From Eledone cirrhosa (taxonomy: Eukaryota), in assembly GCA_964016885.1 (NCBI GenBank), contig OZ024740.1, positions 306,466,001-306,530,000 on the forward strand: a DNA stretch of 64,000 bases, written 5' to 3'. The notes beneath the pieces are model-generated. The model saw nothing but the letters and a program-made list of their open reading frames with translations, did no database searches and had not been told where the DNA came from. Positions 25,883-38,886 of the stretch are shown here, one piece after another. Position numbers and translations under genes: made by a program. The first letter of the stretch is position 1. Each line of letters starts with the position of its first letter.

Positions 25883-28462
25883 CCTGTGTCAGTGTTGAAC
25901 AAAAAGGTGACGTGGTTGCCTTAACACCGTATGGCATAAATTCAGGCTGTTCAGTTTGTTTACAAACGAACAAAGCGACGTTAGCGCCGCTAAACTGATA
26001 CGTGCATATATGTATGTGTACCTGTATGCATATGTATATATATATATATATGTGCATGCTACTGTACGTCTGTATACATATATGTATGTACGTATACATG
26101 CATACTTACATTTAAGTAAGTGCCATACTAAGAGTGAGAAATGAAATTTCGTTTTCATTTTGTTTCAATTTATCGTTTTCGGTATGCCTGACCGATTTAA
26201 CTCACTCAATATGCAAATTAGGCTGCTCAGCCGTTAATTTTCATAAGGAAAGTATATACTTTCGAACGTTCAACTATCTGGCAGATGGCTAAACGGTGCT
26301 GATGATAGCTAACAAGCTTGAAACTAGTACATCGTTCCTGTGTCAGTGTTGAACAAAAAGGTGACGTGGTTGCCTTAACACCGTATGGCATAAATTCAGG
26401 CTGTTCAGTTTGTTTACAAACGAACAAAGCGACGTTAGCGCCGCTAAACTGATACGTGCATATATGTATGTGTACCTGTATGCATATGTATATATATATA
26501 TATATGTGCATGCTACTGTACGTCTGTATACATATATGTATGTACGTATACATGCATACTTACATTTAAGTAAGTGCCATACTAAGAGTGAGAAATGAAA
26601 TTTCGTTTTCATTTTGTTTCAATTTATCGTTTTCGGTATGCCTGACCGATTTAACTCACTCAATATGCAAATTAGGCTGCTCAGCCGTTAATTTTCATAA
26701 GGAAAGTATATACTTTCGAACGTTCAACTATCTGGCAGATGGGTAAACGGTGCTGATGATAGCTAACAAGCTTGAAACTAGTACATCGTTCCTGTGTCAG
26801 TGTTGAACAAAAAGGTGACGTGGTTGCCTTAACACCGTATGGCATAAATTCAGGCTGTTCAGTTTGTTTACAAACGAACAAAGCGACGTTAGCGCCGCTA
26901 AACTGATACGTGCATATATGTATGTGTACCTGTATGCATATGTATATATATATATATATATATGTGCATGCTACTGTACGTCTGTATACATATATGTATG
27001 TACGTATACATGCATACTTACATTTAAGTAAGTGCCATACTAAGAGTGAGAAATGAAATTTCGTTTTCATTTTGTTTCAATTTATCGTTTTCGGTATGCC
27101 TGACCGATTTAACTCACTCAATATGCAAATTAGGCTGCTCAGCCGTTAATTTTCATAAGAAAAGTATATACTTTCGAACGTTCAACTATCTGGCAGATGG
27201 GTAAACGGTGCTGATGATAGCTAACAAGCTTGAAACTAGTACATCGTTCCTGTGTCAGTGTTGAACAAAAAGGTGACGTGGTTGCCTTAACACCGTATGG
27301 CATAAATTCAGGCTGTTCAGTTTGTTTACAAACGAACAAAGCGACGTTAGCGCCGCTAAACTGATACGTGCATATATGTATGTGTACCTGTATGCATATG
27401 TATATATATATATATATATATGTGCATGCTACTGTACGTCTGTATACATATATGTATGTACGTATACATGCATACTTACATTTAAGTAAGTGCCATACTA
27501 AGAGTGAGAAATGAAATTTCGTTTTCATTTTGTTTCAATTTATCGTTTTCGGTATGCCTGACCGATTTAACTCACTCAATATGCAAATTAGGCTGCTCAG
27601 CCGTTAATTTTCATAAGGAAAGTATATACTTTCGAACGTTCAACTATCTGGCAGATGGGTAAACGGTGCTGATGATAGCTAACAAGCTTGAAACTAGTAC
27701 ATCGTTCCTGTGTCAGTGTTGAACAAAAAGGTGACGTGGTTGCCTTAACACCGTATGGCATAAATTCAGGCTGTTCAGTTTGTTTACAAACGAACAAAGC
27801 GACGTTAGCGCCGCTAAACTGATACGTGCATATATGTATGTGTACCTGTATGCATATGTATATATATATATATATATATGTGCATGCTACTGTACGTCTG
27901 TATACATATATGTATGTACGTATACATGCATACTTACATTTAAGTAAGTGCCATACTAAGAGTGAGAAATGAAATTTCGTTTTCATTTTGTTTCAATTTA
28001 TCGTTTTCGGTATGCCTGACCGATTTAACTCACTCAATATGCAAATTAGGCTGCTCAGCCGTTAATTTTCATAAGGAAAGTATATACTTTCGAACGTTCA
28101 ACTATCTGGCAGATGGGTAAACGGTGCTGATGATAGCTAACAAGCTTGAAACTAGTACATCGTTCCTGTGTCAGTGTTGAACAAAAAGGTGACGTGGTTG
28201 CCTTAACACCGTATGGCATAAATTCAGGCTGTTCAGTTTGTTTACAAACGAACAAAGCGACGTTAGCGCCGCTAAACTGATACGTGCATATATGTATGTG
28301 TACCTGTATGCATATGTATATATATATATATATGTGCATGCTACTGTACGTCTGTATACATATATGTATGTACGTATACATGCATACTTACATTTAAGTA
28401 AGTGCCATACTAAGAGTGAGAAATGAAATTTCGTTTTCATTTTGTTTCAATTTATATATTTA

Positions 28463-28510
<48 letters not shown>

Positions 28511-28589
28511 ACCACTAATTGATTTGGCAGATGTCTTTGACTCATTGATACCAAACATTGTTTGGTCAGTAGTTCGTTTGTATGTGTAA

Positions 28590-28633
<44 letters not shown>

Positions 28634-28654
28634 TATGTCAATAGAATATGTCTA

Positions 28655-28892
28655 TAGAATCACAAGATAAAATATATACTATTTGCTCTCCCAATTAGCA
28701 TAATTAACTATCGAAATATTCGATAAATATTCCGCTACGGCCGACGCGAAGCGCTAGTTTCGGTTATTTGTCGGAGATTTCTTCATAGAAGCCTCATTCT
28801 TATAGCCTGGTCTATTCGATTTTTTATATAGTTAATTATGCTAATTGGGAGAGGAAATAGTATATATTTTATCTTGTGATTCTATAGACATG
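28655..28892. repeat. Fold-back with ~55-bp arms between TA tracts
   Basis: atgtctatagaatcacaagataaaatatatactattt...aattaactat and its reverse complement at ~28828-28892. Confidence 0.8.
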
Positions 28893-29000
28893 TTTTATGA
28901 TATATAGCTCTGATTGTTTAATTTATTAATTTTTCATTGAGCCACAAAGTGACCAGTTGCAAAACACATATATGTATATGTATGTATATATATATGTAAA

Positions 29001-29059
<59 letters not shown>

Positions 29060-29064
<5 letters not shown>

Positions 29065-29500
29065 TTGGTGCTCTGGAATAGCGATATATATATGAATGTA
29101 TATATAGTGTATTTTGCAATACACTGTATACTTAATTAAAAGCATTTCGAAGACCTTACGCTATTGTTTTAGAGTAGTGACAGTTTCACTTACTTCAATT
29201 TTCAGCAAACAAATTTTCAATTTCTGCTTGACCGGCAACCGCTCTGTATAATCAGTTCCTGATTATTACTGGAATTCTATAAGAATCAAACATTCATAAT
29301 TTTCAGCAAACAGGCAGAGTAGTTAGCTTTGATAAGCCCCAAAAAGTGCGAAACAGAACTCTGTCAGCTTTATCTCCCCTGTTTGCTGAAAATTGAAGTA
29401 AGTGAGACTGTCACTACTCTAAAACAATAGCGTAAGGTCTTCGAAATGCTTTTAATTAAGCATACAGTGTATTGCAAAATACACTATATATACATTCATA
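29060..29500. mobile_element. Second copy of the U3-A8 hammerhead family (HHR 29325-29369 +)
   Basis: agct-TTGATAA-gccc-caaaaa-gtgc-GAAA-cagaactctg-TC-agct, inside inverted arms ~29085-29210 / ~29380-29500. Confidence 0.7.
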
Positions 29501-30186
29501 TATATATGCTTGTGAGTGTGTGTGTGTCTATATATGTATGTTTGAATGCATGAATGAATACACTAAGCTTTAGATTTAGTAGAATTTACAACCACTGATT
29601 CCAGCTATTTGCACCATCAGCTATTTGCACTATTTTGGTTTCTATTCATTCCCTGGGGAATTGGTTGGCGAAATGCTTTGCTTAATTGTTTTATTTATTT
29701 ATTTTTTTTAAATTATTCTTTCTCTTAGACTTCCGGTATTTTTTAAAAGCAAAGCATACTACTGTGGGCTCCTGCAATGCTACCATGGACCCCCAGGCAA
29801 CTTGGCCAGTCCGCCACTGCACACATGCATACATACGTACGTACGTATATACATATGTACACATATACATACATACGTACGTTCGTACATACATAGTACA
29901 TACATACATATATACATATATATATATGATGGCTGCCCCCTCGTTATCGAGTATGGCCATTGCACGATATACCATTATTAATAATTATTAATTAATTCTA
30001 TCGTGCAATGCCTGTGCGTGAAGATATTTTTTTAAGTGAGGAAAGACTGCACTGAGCCAATCCCACTCTCTGAGCGACAGTAGCTATAACCCGAAAAGAA
30101 GAAAAGATCAACATCATCGGTAACTACTGAGCCGCAGGTTTTATATCGGAGTTATCCCAGTTTCCTGAGTTGCCTTCTCCTAGAAG

Positions 30187-30263
<77 letters not shown>

Positions 30264-30510
30264 TGCAGCAGCAGCAGTAGTAGCAGCAGCAAGAGTAGCA
30301 GCTGTCGTGTTTGTACTGTTATATAGGTAGACATACATACATACATACATACATACATACTGACAATACGTACGTGATCGTTAGTATGCTTGTAACACAT
30401 TAGTACTTTAAGTGTGGGGTTGTGTGTTCGATTTATATCAAGTGACTTTCACTATTTTTGTTCCCAGTTGCTTTGTACAATCTCTTATTTATTGTGCATG
30501 TGACATGTGA

Positions 30511-30569
<59 letters not shown>

Positions 30570-31195
30570 CAGTTCATTAGTTAAATGTTTAGTTGTGTAC
30601 GTGATAAATACCCCAAGTTTAAGTACATAGAAATTGCAAGAAGAATGCATTCTAGACGGTTAATTTCTATATGAAATATTGCTGCACCTCCATTCTTAAC
30701 TAGAAGGGGAAAAATTGCGTTTTATTATTATTATTTTTTTAAATAATGATACTATCATGCCGTCAAACCCCAAAACCTAGTTCTAGTTCTCTCATACACA
30801 GAGACATTCCTCTAAATCTTGCCTTCCACACCCCAAAACCTTCCTCTAGACTCGAGGAATTGATTTCTTGCTGTTTCAAAAACATTGGCGCCAGACTTCT
30901 CCGTTTCTGGGATTACAAGGCCACAGTTGAATCACAGGTTTAATCGCATTAAACTATTGCAAACCGCCGTCACTTCTAGCAGCAACTTTTGAAAGTCACT
31001 TAATTTGCTGCAAGCTGGAACTGAGAAATATTAAAATAAATAAATTAGTTGTTGTTGTTTTTGTTTTTGTTGTTATAGTTGTTGTTTAGCTTCAGACCAT
31101 CCCTGGTTGAGTAGACCTACGTCAAAGGGAGTTCTGCAATGAGTACCCCCCACCCCTTTTTGATATTTATGATCATCTATACTAGCCTTTTTAAG

Positions 31196-31240
<45 letters not shown>

Positions 31241-31373
31241 TTACTACTACTACTAGTAGTAGTGGTGGTGGTGGTGGTGGCGGTGGCAATAGTAATAGTA
31301 GTAGTAGTAGTAGTAGTTCCAGCAGCAGTAGTAGTAGCAGCAGCAGGAGTAGTAGCTGTCGTGTTTGTGCTAT

Positions 31374-31435
<62 letters not shown>

Positions 31436-31797
31436 TGTGTGTGTGTGTGTGTGTAGTCACTTTATAACGATTATACACATATATTTGTGCAGACAACCAT
31501 TGATTTCGTGTTGTCTGGGTTAGTTTTTATCTGATGATAAAATCGTATCACAGCACTAATTCCACGGTTCATCAAACCTCAATATTATAAGTGACCTTCA
31601 TTCCATCTTTAAAGACATTATGAAAAGACATTAAGGTTAGACGTTTTCTAGACCTTTCATTCAGTGCCTTAAAAGATTGAAAATATTTTATTTTGGTTAT
31701 CTGAATGCATCATCTCAAGGGAGTCTTTCATCTTAGAAGGCTCCATTGCATCATTTCCAAATGTTCGTTCTCATAATAAACACACAGGTATCGTCAT

Positions 31798-31867
<70 letters not shown>

Positions 31868-32075
31868 GCGCACACACAAACACATACACACACATACACA
31901 CACAAACACACACACACAGACACACACACACACATACACGCGCGCATACACACACAAACACACACACATATTTATATATATATTTAAATATATATACATA
32001 TATATTATAAAGAGTCGTAGTAAGGCCGTTTGCTTGAAAACGAATCTAATATTATTATTATTATTATTCGATATA

Positions 32076-32300
32076 GGGCGGTGGATTGGCAGTATCGGTA
32101 GAGGGTCGGACGCCATGCTTTGACGCATAGAGTTACGGCCCTTGCCATTCTGAGTTCACATCCCGCCGAGGTTTACTTTGCCTTTCATCCTTACGGGGTC
32201 GATAAAATAAAGTACCAGTCACGCACTGGGGCCGATTTAATCGACTTTCCCCTTCCCTAAAATTGCTGGCCTTGTGCCTATATAAGAAACAATTATTATT
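32076..32300 (+). mobile_element. Full-length SINE family 1 copy with apparent TSD
   Basis: tRNA-like head plus core, flanked by attattattattcgatata on both sides. Confidence 0.9.
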
Positions 32301-32342
32301 ATTCGATATAAGCCATATTTACACACTCACACAGACACACAG

Positions 32343-32402
<60 letters not shown>

Positions 32403-32704
32403 TGCAATCAGGAGGTTGTGAGTTCTATTCTCGGATCGGGTGATGCGTTGTGTTCTTGAGCAAGACACTTTATTTCACGTTGTTCCAGTTTACTCAGCTG
32501 TAGAAATGAGTTGTCATGTCACTGGTGCCAAGCTCTATTGATCATTGCCTTTCCCTTGAACAACATCGGTAGCATGGGGAGGGGAGATTCGCATGCATGG
32601 GTGACTGCTGGTCTTCCACAAAGAATCTTGTTCGGACTTATGCCTTTGAGTGGAACTTTCTAGGTGCAAATCTCATGGCCTCATGTGTGTGTGTGTGTGT
32701 GTGT

Positions 32705-32900
32705 AAAAAGTAAACAGAAATAACAAATCAAAAGACACAGTACATTGAAGAAATATATTAGTTTAACGCTTGAAATAGCAGGGAAAGAGTCTTAACTTTT
32801 CGGACACTAGTCCGTTATCAGAAGATAGAGTTAGAATTAGAAGATAAAATAGGAAGATAAAGAGTGAGAAGAGGAAGGGACAGGAAAGAAAATGAGAAAA
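32705..32900 (-). mobile_element. Family A hammerhead-bearing element, degenerate core
   Basis: Reverse complement matches 20-205: tcttCTGATAAcggactagtgtccGAAAagttaagact. It abuts (GT)n. Confidence 0.75.
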
Positions 32901-33278
32901 CAATGGTGGGGGAAAAACATACGTGCGTATTCTGTCAGCCATTTTGGAGATTTATATAAAGTTATTATTTAATTCAGTAAGAACATTTTTTGAATTCCAA
33001 GAGTGACAGACAAACAAAGAGAAAACAATGATTATCATCGTAATAGATTTTAACTGTATATACATTTCAATCATTCGTCAGCGTAATTTTGAAATTTAGA
33101 CTAAGTAGTAAATTACATTTTTGCAGTTATTAAATCAGATAAGTTGAGTTGTGTATAGTGGGATAATATGTTATTTGTAGTTACAGTGTAGCTATAGAGA
33201 TAGAATGATCAGTTTATAGGTGAAAAGAATTGTGAAGAATAAATTTGTTTTGGTGATTTTTTCATTTTCTTGCCTCAT

Positions 33279-36022
33279 AGCAGTTCATTGCTATATCAGT
33301 ATATTAGATTCCTATCATAGTAGCCATCTTGCCCTTTTTAAGACTTTGGACTAAAATGTGGTTCCATCCTGCTTATAAGTTACTATCTTGAGCGCAGTTC
33401 ATTGCTATGTCAGTATATTAGACTCCCATCACAGTAACCGTCTTGCTCTTTTTAAGACTTTGGACTAAAATGTGGTTAGACGTCCCTCCTCCTTCTCCCT
33501 CTAGTGACGCCAAGTACCCCCAAAGCATTTGGGATACCATCCAGTGCGCCTGGCCTCAGACAGGCTCACGCGTTAGCTCGACCAGCACCGCCTTGCCTGT
33601 TTTCGTGCGGCCTACAAACCCCACAATGGTGTCTGGCTCCATGCCTTGCCCTCCTTCTCCACTGGCACGCAGCTGGATAACAATAGCCTGCGCATCGGCG
33701 TTTCCTTGAGGCTTGGCCTCCGGATCTGCGAGCCGCACTAATGTCGTTGTGGATCCACCGTGGACTCTTTCGGCCTCCACCTGCTTTCCTGTCGCCACAG
33801 TGCCGGCCGCCTTCCACGACATGCTGCCCTCAGCGAGGTCATAAAGCATGGCTTGGACGCTGCAGGCTTCCCTTCCCAGCTCGAGCCGGTGGGACTGGAC
33901 CGAGAGGACGACAAAAGGCCAGATGGCATGACCATCTTCCCGTTCCGCGGTGGCAAACCCCTCGTCTGGGATGCCACTTGCAGGGACACTTTCTCCAGCC
34001 GCAACCTGGTGCAGTCTGCGACTAACCCAGGTTCTGCTGAGGAGGCCAAACTCTCCAAATACCGGTCACTCTCCTTGGTAGTGGAGACTTCTGGTGTCCT
34101 CGGCCCTAGGGCTATCTCCCTACTCACCACCATAGGCGCTGAGCTGGCCAACCGCAGGTGTGAGCCTCGTGAGTTGGAATGGCTCTTCCGGCGCAACTCC
34201 CTTACCATCCCCCAGGGAAACGCCTTCTCCATTCTGTCCGCCGGGGCTGTGGGGAGGCCATCAATATGATTACTTAACCCTTTTATTACCATCTTTCAAC
34301 ACAGAATGTTAATACAGCCACTTAATGAAAACCCTTTGTTTGCTTAGTTACTATCTTGAGCGCAGTTCATTGCTATATTAGATACCCATCACAGTAGCCA
34401 TCTTGCCCTTTTAAAGACTTTGGACTAAAATGTAGTTCCATCCTGTGTATAAGTTACTCTACTATCTTGTGCGCAGTTCATTGCTATATTAGACACCCAT
34501 CACAGTAGCCATCTTGCCCTTTTAAAGACTTTGGACTAAAATGTAGTTCCATCCTGTGTATAAGTTACTCTACTATCTTGAGCGCAGTTCATTGCTATAT
34601 TAGACACCCATCACAGTAGCCATCTTGCCCTTTTAAAGACTTTGGACTAAAATGTAGTTCCATCCTGTGTATAAGTTACTCTACTATCTTGTGCGCAGTT
34701 CATTGCTATATTAGACACCCATCACAGTAGCCATCTTGCCCTTTTAAAGACTTTGGACTAAAATGTAGTTCCATCCTGTGTATAAGTTACTCTACTATCT
34801 TGTGCGCAGTTCATTGCTATATTAGACACCCATCACAGTAGCCATCTTGCCCTTTTAAAGACTTTGGACTAAAATGTAGTTCCATCCTGTGTATAAGTTA
34901 CTCTATTATCTTGTGCGCAGTTCATTGCTATATTAGACACCCATCACAGTAGCCATCTTGCCCTTTTAAAGACTTTGGACTAAAATGTAGTTCCATCCTG
35001 TGTATAAGTTACTCTACTATCTTGTGCGCAGTTCATTGCTATATTAGACACCCATCACAGTAGCCATCTTGCCCTTTTAAAGACTTTGGACTAAAATGTA
35101 GTTCCATCCTGTGTATAAGTTACTCTACTATCTTGTGCGCAGTTCATTGCTATATTAGACACCCATCACAGTAGCCATCTTGCCCTTTTAAAGACTTTGG
35201 ACTAAAATGTAGTTCCATCCTGTGTATAAGTTACTCTATTATCTTGTGCGCAGTTCATTGCTATATTAGACACCCATCACAGTAGCCATCTTGCCCTTTT
35301 AAAGACTTTGGACTAAAATGTAGTTCCATCCTGTGTATAAGTTACTCTACTATCTTGTGCGCAGTTCATTGCTATATTAGATACCCATCACAGTAGCCAT
35401 CTTGCCCTTTTAAAGACTTTGGACTAAAATGTAGTTCCATCCTGTGTATAAGTTACTCTACTATCTTGAGCGCAGTTCATTGCTATATTAGACACCCATC
35501 ACAGTAGCCATCTTGCCCTTTTAAAGACTTTGGACTAAAATGTAGTTCCATCCTGTGTATAAGTTACTCTACTATCTTGAGCGCAGTTCATTGCTATATT
35601 AGACACCCATCACAGTAGCCATCTTGCCCTTTTAAAGACTTTGGACTAAAATGTAGTTCCATCCTGTGTATAAGTTACTCTACTATCTTGAGCGCAGTTC
35701 ATTGCTATATTAGACACCCATCACAGTAGCCATCTTGCCCTTTTAAAGACTTTGGACTAAAATGTAGTTCCATCCTGTGTATAAGTTATTCTACTATCTT
35801 GAGCGCAGTTCATTGCTATATTAGATACCCATCACAGTAGCCATCTTGCCCTTTTAAAGACTTTGGACTAAAATGTAGTTCCATCCTGTGTATAAGTTAC
35901 TCTACTATCTTGTGCGCAGTTCATTGCTATATTAGACACCCATCACAGTAGCCATCTTGCCCTTTTTTTAAATTTTAGACTAAAATTTGGTTCCAACCTG
36001 CTTATAAGCTACTATCTTGTGC
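33279..36022 (+). repeat. 111-bp tandem satellite (15 homogeneous copies at 34351-36022; ~1.7 diverged copies at 33279-33476)
   Basis: Unit ctatcttg(a/t)gcgcagttcattgctatattagacacccatcacagtagcc...aagttactcta recurs at 34351, 34462 ... 35905. Confidence 0.95.
33477..34345 (+). mobile_element. 5'-truncated CRE-clade non-LTR retrotransposon (zinc knuckle plus restriction-like endonuclease), inserted in the 111-bp array
   Basis: ORF 33760-34269: HLLSC...RHAALSEVIK...LEPVGL...KRPDG...LVWDATCRDT...AEEAKLSKY...VETSGVLG...QGNA. GC-rich relative to the flanks. Confidence 0.85.
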
Positions 36023-36321
36023 TCTAAAATAACCGCAAATAATTTGGTGCATAAATAAACATGATTAATATTGAGGCTGTTCTATACATCAAGTGTTATT
36101 ATTCAAACAATGGTCTTGGGGTAAAAAGAACAAGCATCACCAAAATATTTATATTCCTCACGATTCTATTTACCATTAACAAGTCTGCCTTCTCTTTCTA
36201 TAAAGACATCGTGGCTACAAATAACATATTTTAAAACTAATCACTATTCAACATATCTGATTTCCTTAACTGCACAAATTCTCTACTAATTCTCATAATT
36301 CTCTCCCAAGTTAAAATTTCA

Positions 36322-36358
36322 AATTGCACTGACGAGAGATTGAAAAGCGAATGCAATT
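36322..36358 (+). ncRNA. Degenerate minimal hammerhead; inverted homologue at ~33050-33090
   Basis: aattgca-CTGACGA-gagatt-GAAA-agcgaa-tgcaatt. Stem I is a perfect 7 bp, but the cleavage triplet is mutated. Confidence 0.5.
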
Positions 36359-36563
36359 GGAATACTATTGAATAAATACAAAACAGATTAATCATGTCAT
36401 TATTTGTTTGTTTCTTTGTTTGTTTTCTAATTTATTCTTCAAATTTCATAAAATAAAATAAAATAATAATTCGATAGAAAAAATATCTTTATTCGTCGTG
36501 TAAAAATAAAAGAAGTGAACAATAGAAACGTGGAAATGTTTTTCTCTTATCTCGTTATATATT

Positions 36564-36638
<75 letters not shown>

Positions 36639-36678
36639 ACATGCATTAATACACACAGACACAGACACACAGACACAC

Positions 36679-36710
<32 letters not shown>

Positions 36711-37299
36711 GCGCGTGTTTGTGTATATATATATATATAAAGAGAGAGTGTGTGTGTGAGAGGAAATATATATATATATATATAACGAATACAGGAAGAC
36801 GAACGAAACAGACTGTCGATCGCTAGAGATACGTTGTTTCAGTGCTTTACGATCGATACAACTGGCTTTAGTGCACAAGAGACAGCAGCGAAAGGACAAA
36901 GGACATTTACAAATAAGAGGTATTTTGCTACAAACCCTTGAAACTGAAAAGAAGAGATGTCTACGAGTATACACGCACACATCTACCTTTCCCTTCACAG
37001 CTCTGTATACACATACACACACACACACACACTTTTTTACTTACTTATACACACACATATCATCTTAGCTTCGTACACGCATGCGCACTCGTATAGCTCT
37101 ATATACAAAATGTGTTTTTTCTATTTCAGATAGATGCGCTCCATCATCCACTTTTCTAAAAAAGTAAATCATACAGAAAACGCCAGCATCAACAGTTTTC
37201 CAAGAGATGGCAACATGAATAGACCTGTTATTTTTCTCTAAAAACGTTTTTTTTTCTTCTGATTTTGCCCCGCCTATCCCTTCAATCTTTCTAATTTAT

Positions 37300-37576
<277 letters not shown>

Positions 37577-38016
37577 CACACACGCTCACAAGTTTTATAA
37601 ATCACTGAAGCGCTAGGCAAATCAAAATTTTGAAAATGTGTGAATCACAAATGCGGTAACAGTAACAACAGTCGATCGCTATAAATAATAGTTTCTGCGT
37701 TTGGGATTCCCATATTTTCAAAATCTAGAATCACCCAACGCCTCGATAATTTATAAAACCTGTTTACATCCAACTCTAGGTTGCAGGCTGTTCGGTATCC
37801 GTATAGCTCCCTAAATTTGACGTAATCTGTTGTCAGCTGCCCTTTAACTTAATGGTAATAACCGGCGGTCAAAATTCGAGTTACGCAGTTCGAGTCTCCG
37901 TAGCGGCTGTTGGCCACCATTTTCTGTCTTTTAGCCGATCGACTGTTGTTAAAATTACTGCGTTTGGGATTAACAAATTTCAGTATATATGCGTGCATAT
38001 ACATATGTATGTGTGT

Positions 38017-38290
38017 GAAGGCGCATGGCTTTGTGGTTAGGGTATTCGGCTCACGATCGTAATGTCAAGAGTTCGATTCCTGGCGGTACTTTATTTCACG
38101 TTGCTCCAGTCCATCAGCTGGCAAAAACGAATTGTACCTGTAAGGGCCGGCCTTGTCACATGTGTCGCATTGAATCTCGCTGAGAACTACGTTAAAGGTG
38201 TCGCGTTTGTGGAATGCTCAGCCAATTGCATGTTAATTTTACGATCGTATCAACAAGAATACTCATCGTCGTAACCGACGGAGTGCCACT
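38017..38290 (+). mobile_element. SINE family 2 relative
   Basis: gaaggcgcatggctttgtggttagggta...gagttcgattcc...actttatttcacgttgctccagt. Confidence 0.7.
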
Positions 38291-38721
38291 ACTGTATATA
38301 TATATATATATATATATATACATACACACACACACACATATATATACACACATACACACTGGTATTTTACCTATTTACAGCAGGACCAATAACTCTGCTA
38401 GATTTCGATATAATATTGATATGAATAGCCCAACCAAACAAGGTGAAGTAAGTTTTCTTTTGTTTGGAAGGATGGTATCATATTATATGATGTTGAGTAT
38501 TCTAAAGAACTATAGAGTCAGATATTTAGGTTGAACATTGAACACAATAAGACATGAGTCAGTACATAATTAGTTCATTGTTTTACAATCGTTTTCAAAT
38601 GTGAAAGAACCATGATAATATCCATATATGACTAAACGATAGCAGTTATGTAACTCTATATTATTAGCCTTGATAGAACACATCCATCTCACCGTTTTCA
38701 TCATAAACAATATGTGTGTGT

Positions 38722-38767
<46 letters not shown>

Positions 38768-38788
38768 ATGTGTGTGTGTATGAGAGAG

Positions 38789-38886
<98 letters not shown>

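Larger units (their letters stand above)
24712..28455. repeat. 454/458-bp tandem array (~2.3 units, then ~5.9 inverted units), one hammerhead per unit; candidate non-LTR retrozyme array
   Basis: Left units start at 24712, 25166 and 25624. The inversion junction is at ~25775. Right units start at ~25775, 26228, 26682, 27140, 27598 and 28056. Units differ by TA count and rare SNPs. Both ends merge into (TA)n. Confidence 0.95.

Noticed and set aside
24724-28440. Repeated 108-129 aa ORFs in the 454-bp units
   Set aside because: They run through TA/CA microsatellite, their frame changes with TA count, and they show no recognisable domain.
31525-31560. CTGATGA at ~31531 (also ~58237)
   Set aside because: No correctly placed GAAA box or stem III.
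34351-36022. 111-bp array as a CRISPR array or ribozyme repeat
   Set aside because: There are no unique spacers, the context is eukaryotic, and there is no hammerhead core on either strand.
37110-37170. Acceptor-like ttttttctatttcag with a short downstream frame
   Set aside because: A stop follows within 13 codons and there is no supporting evidence.
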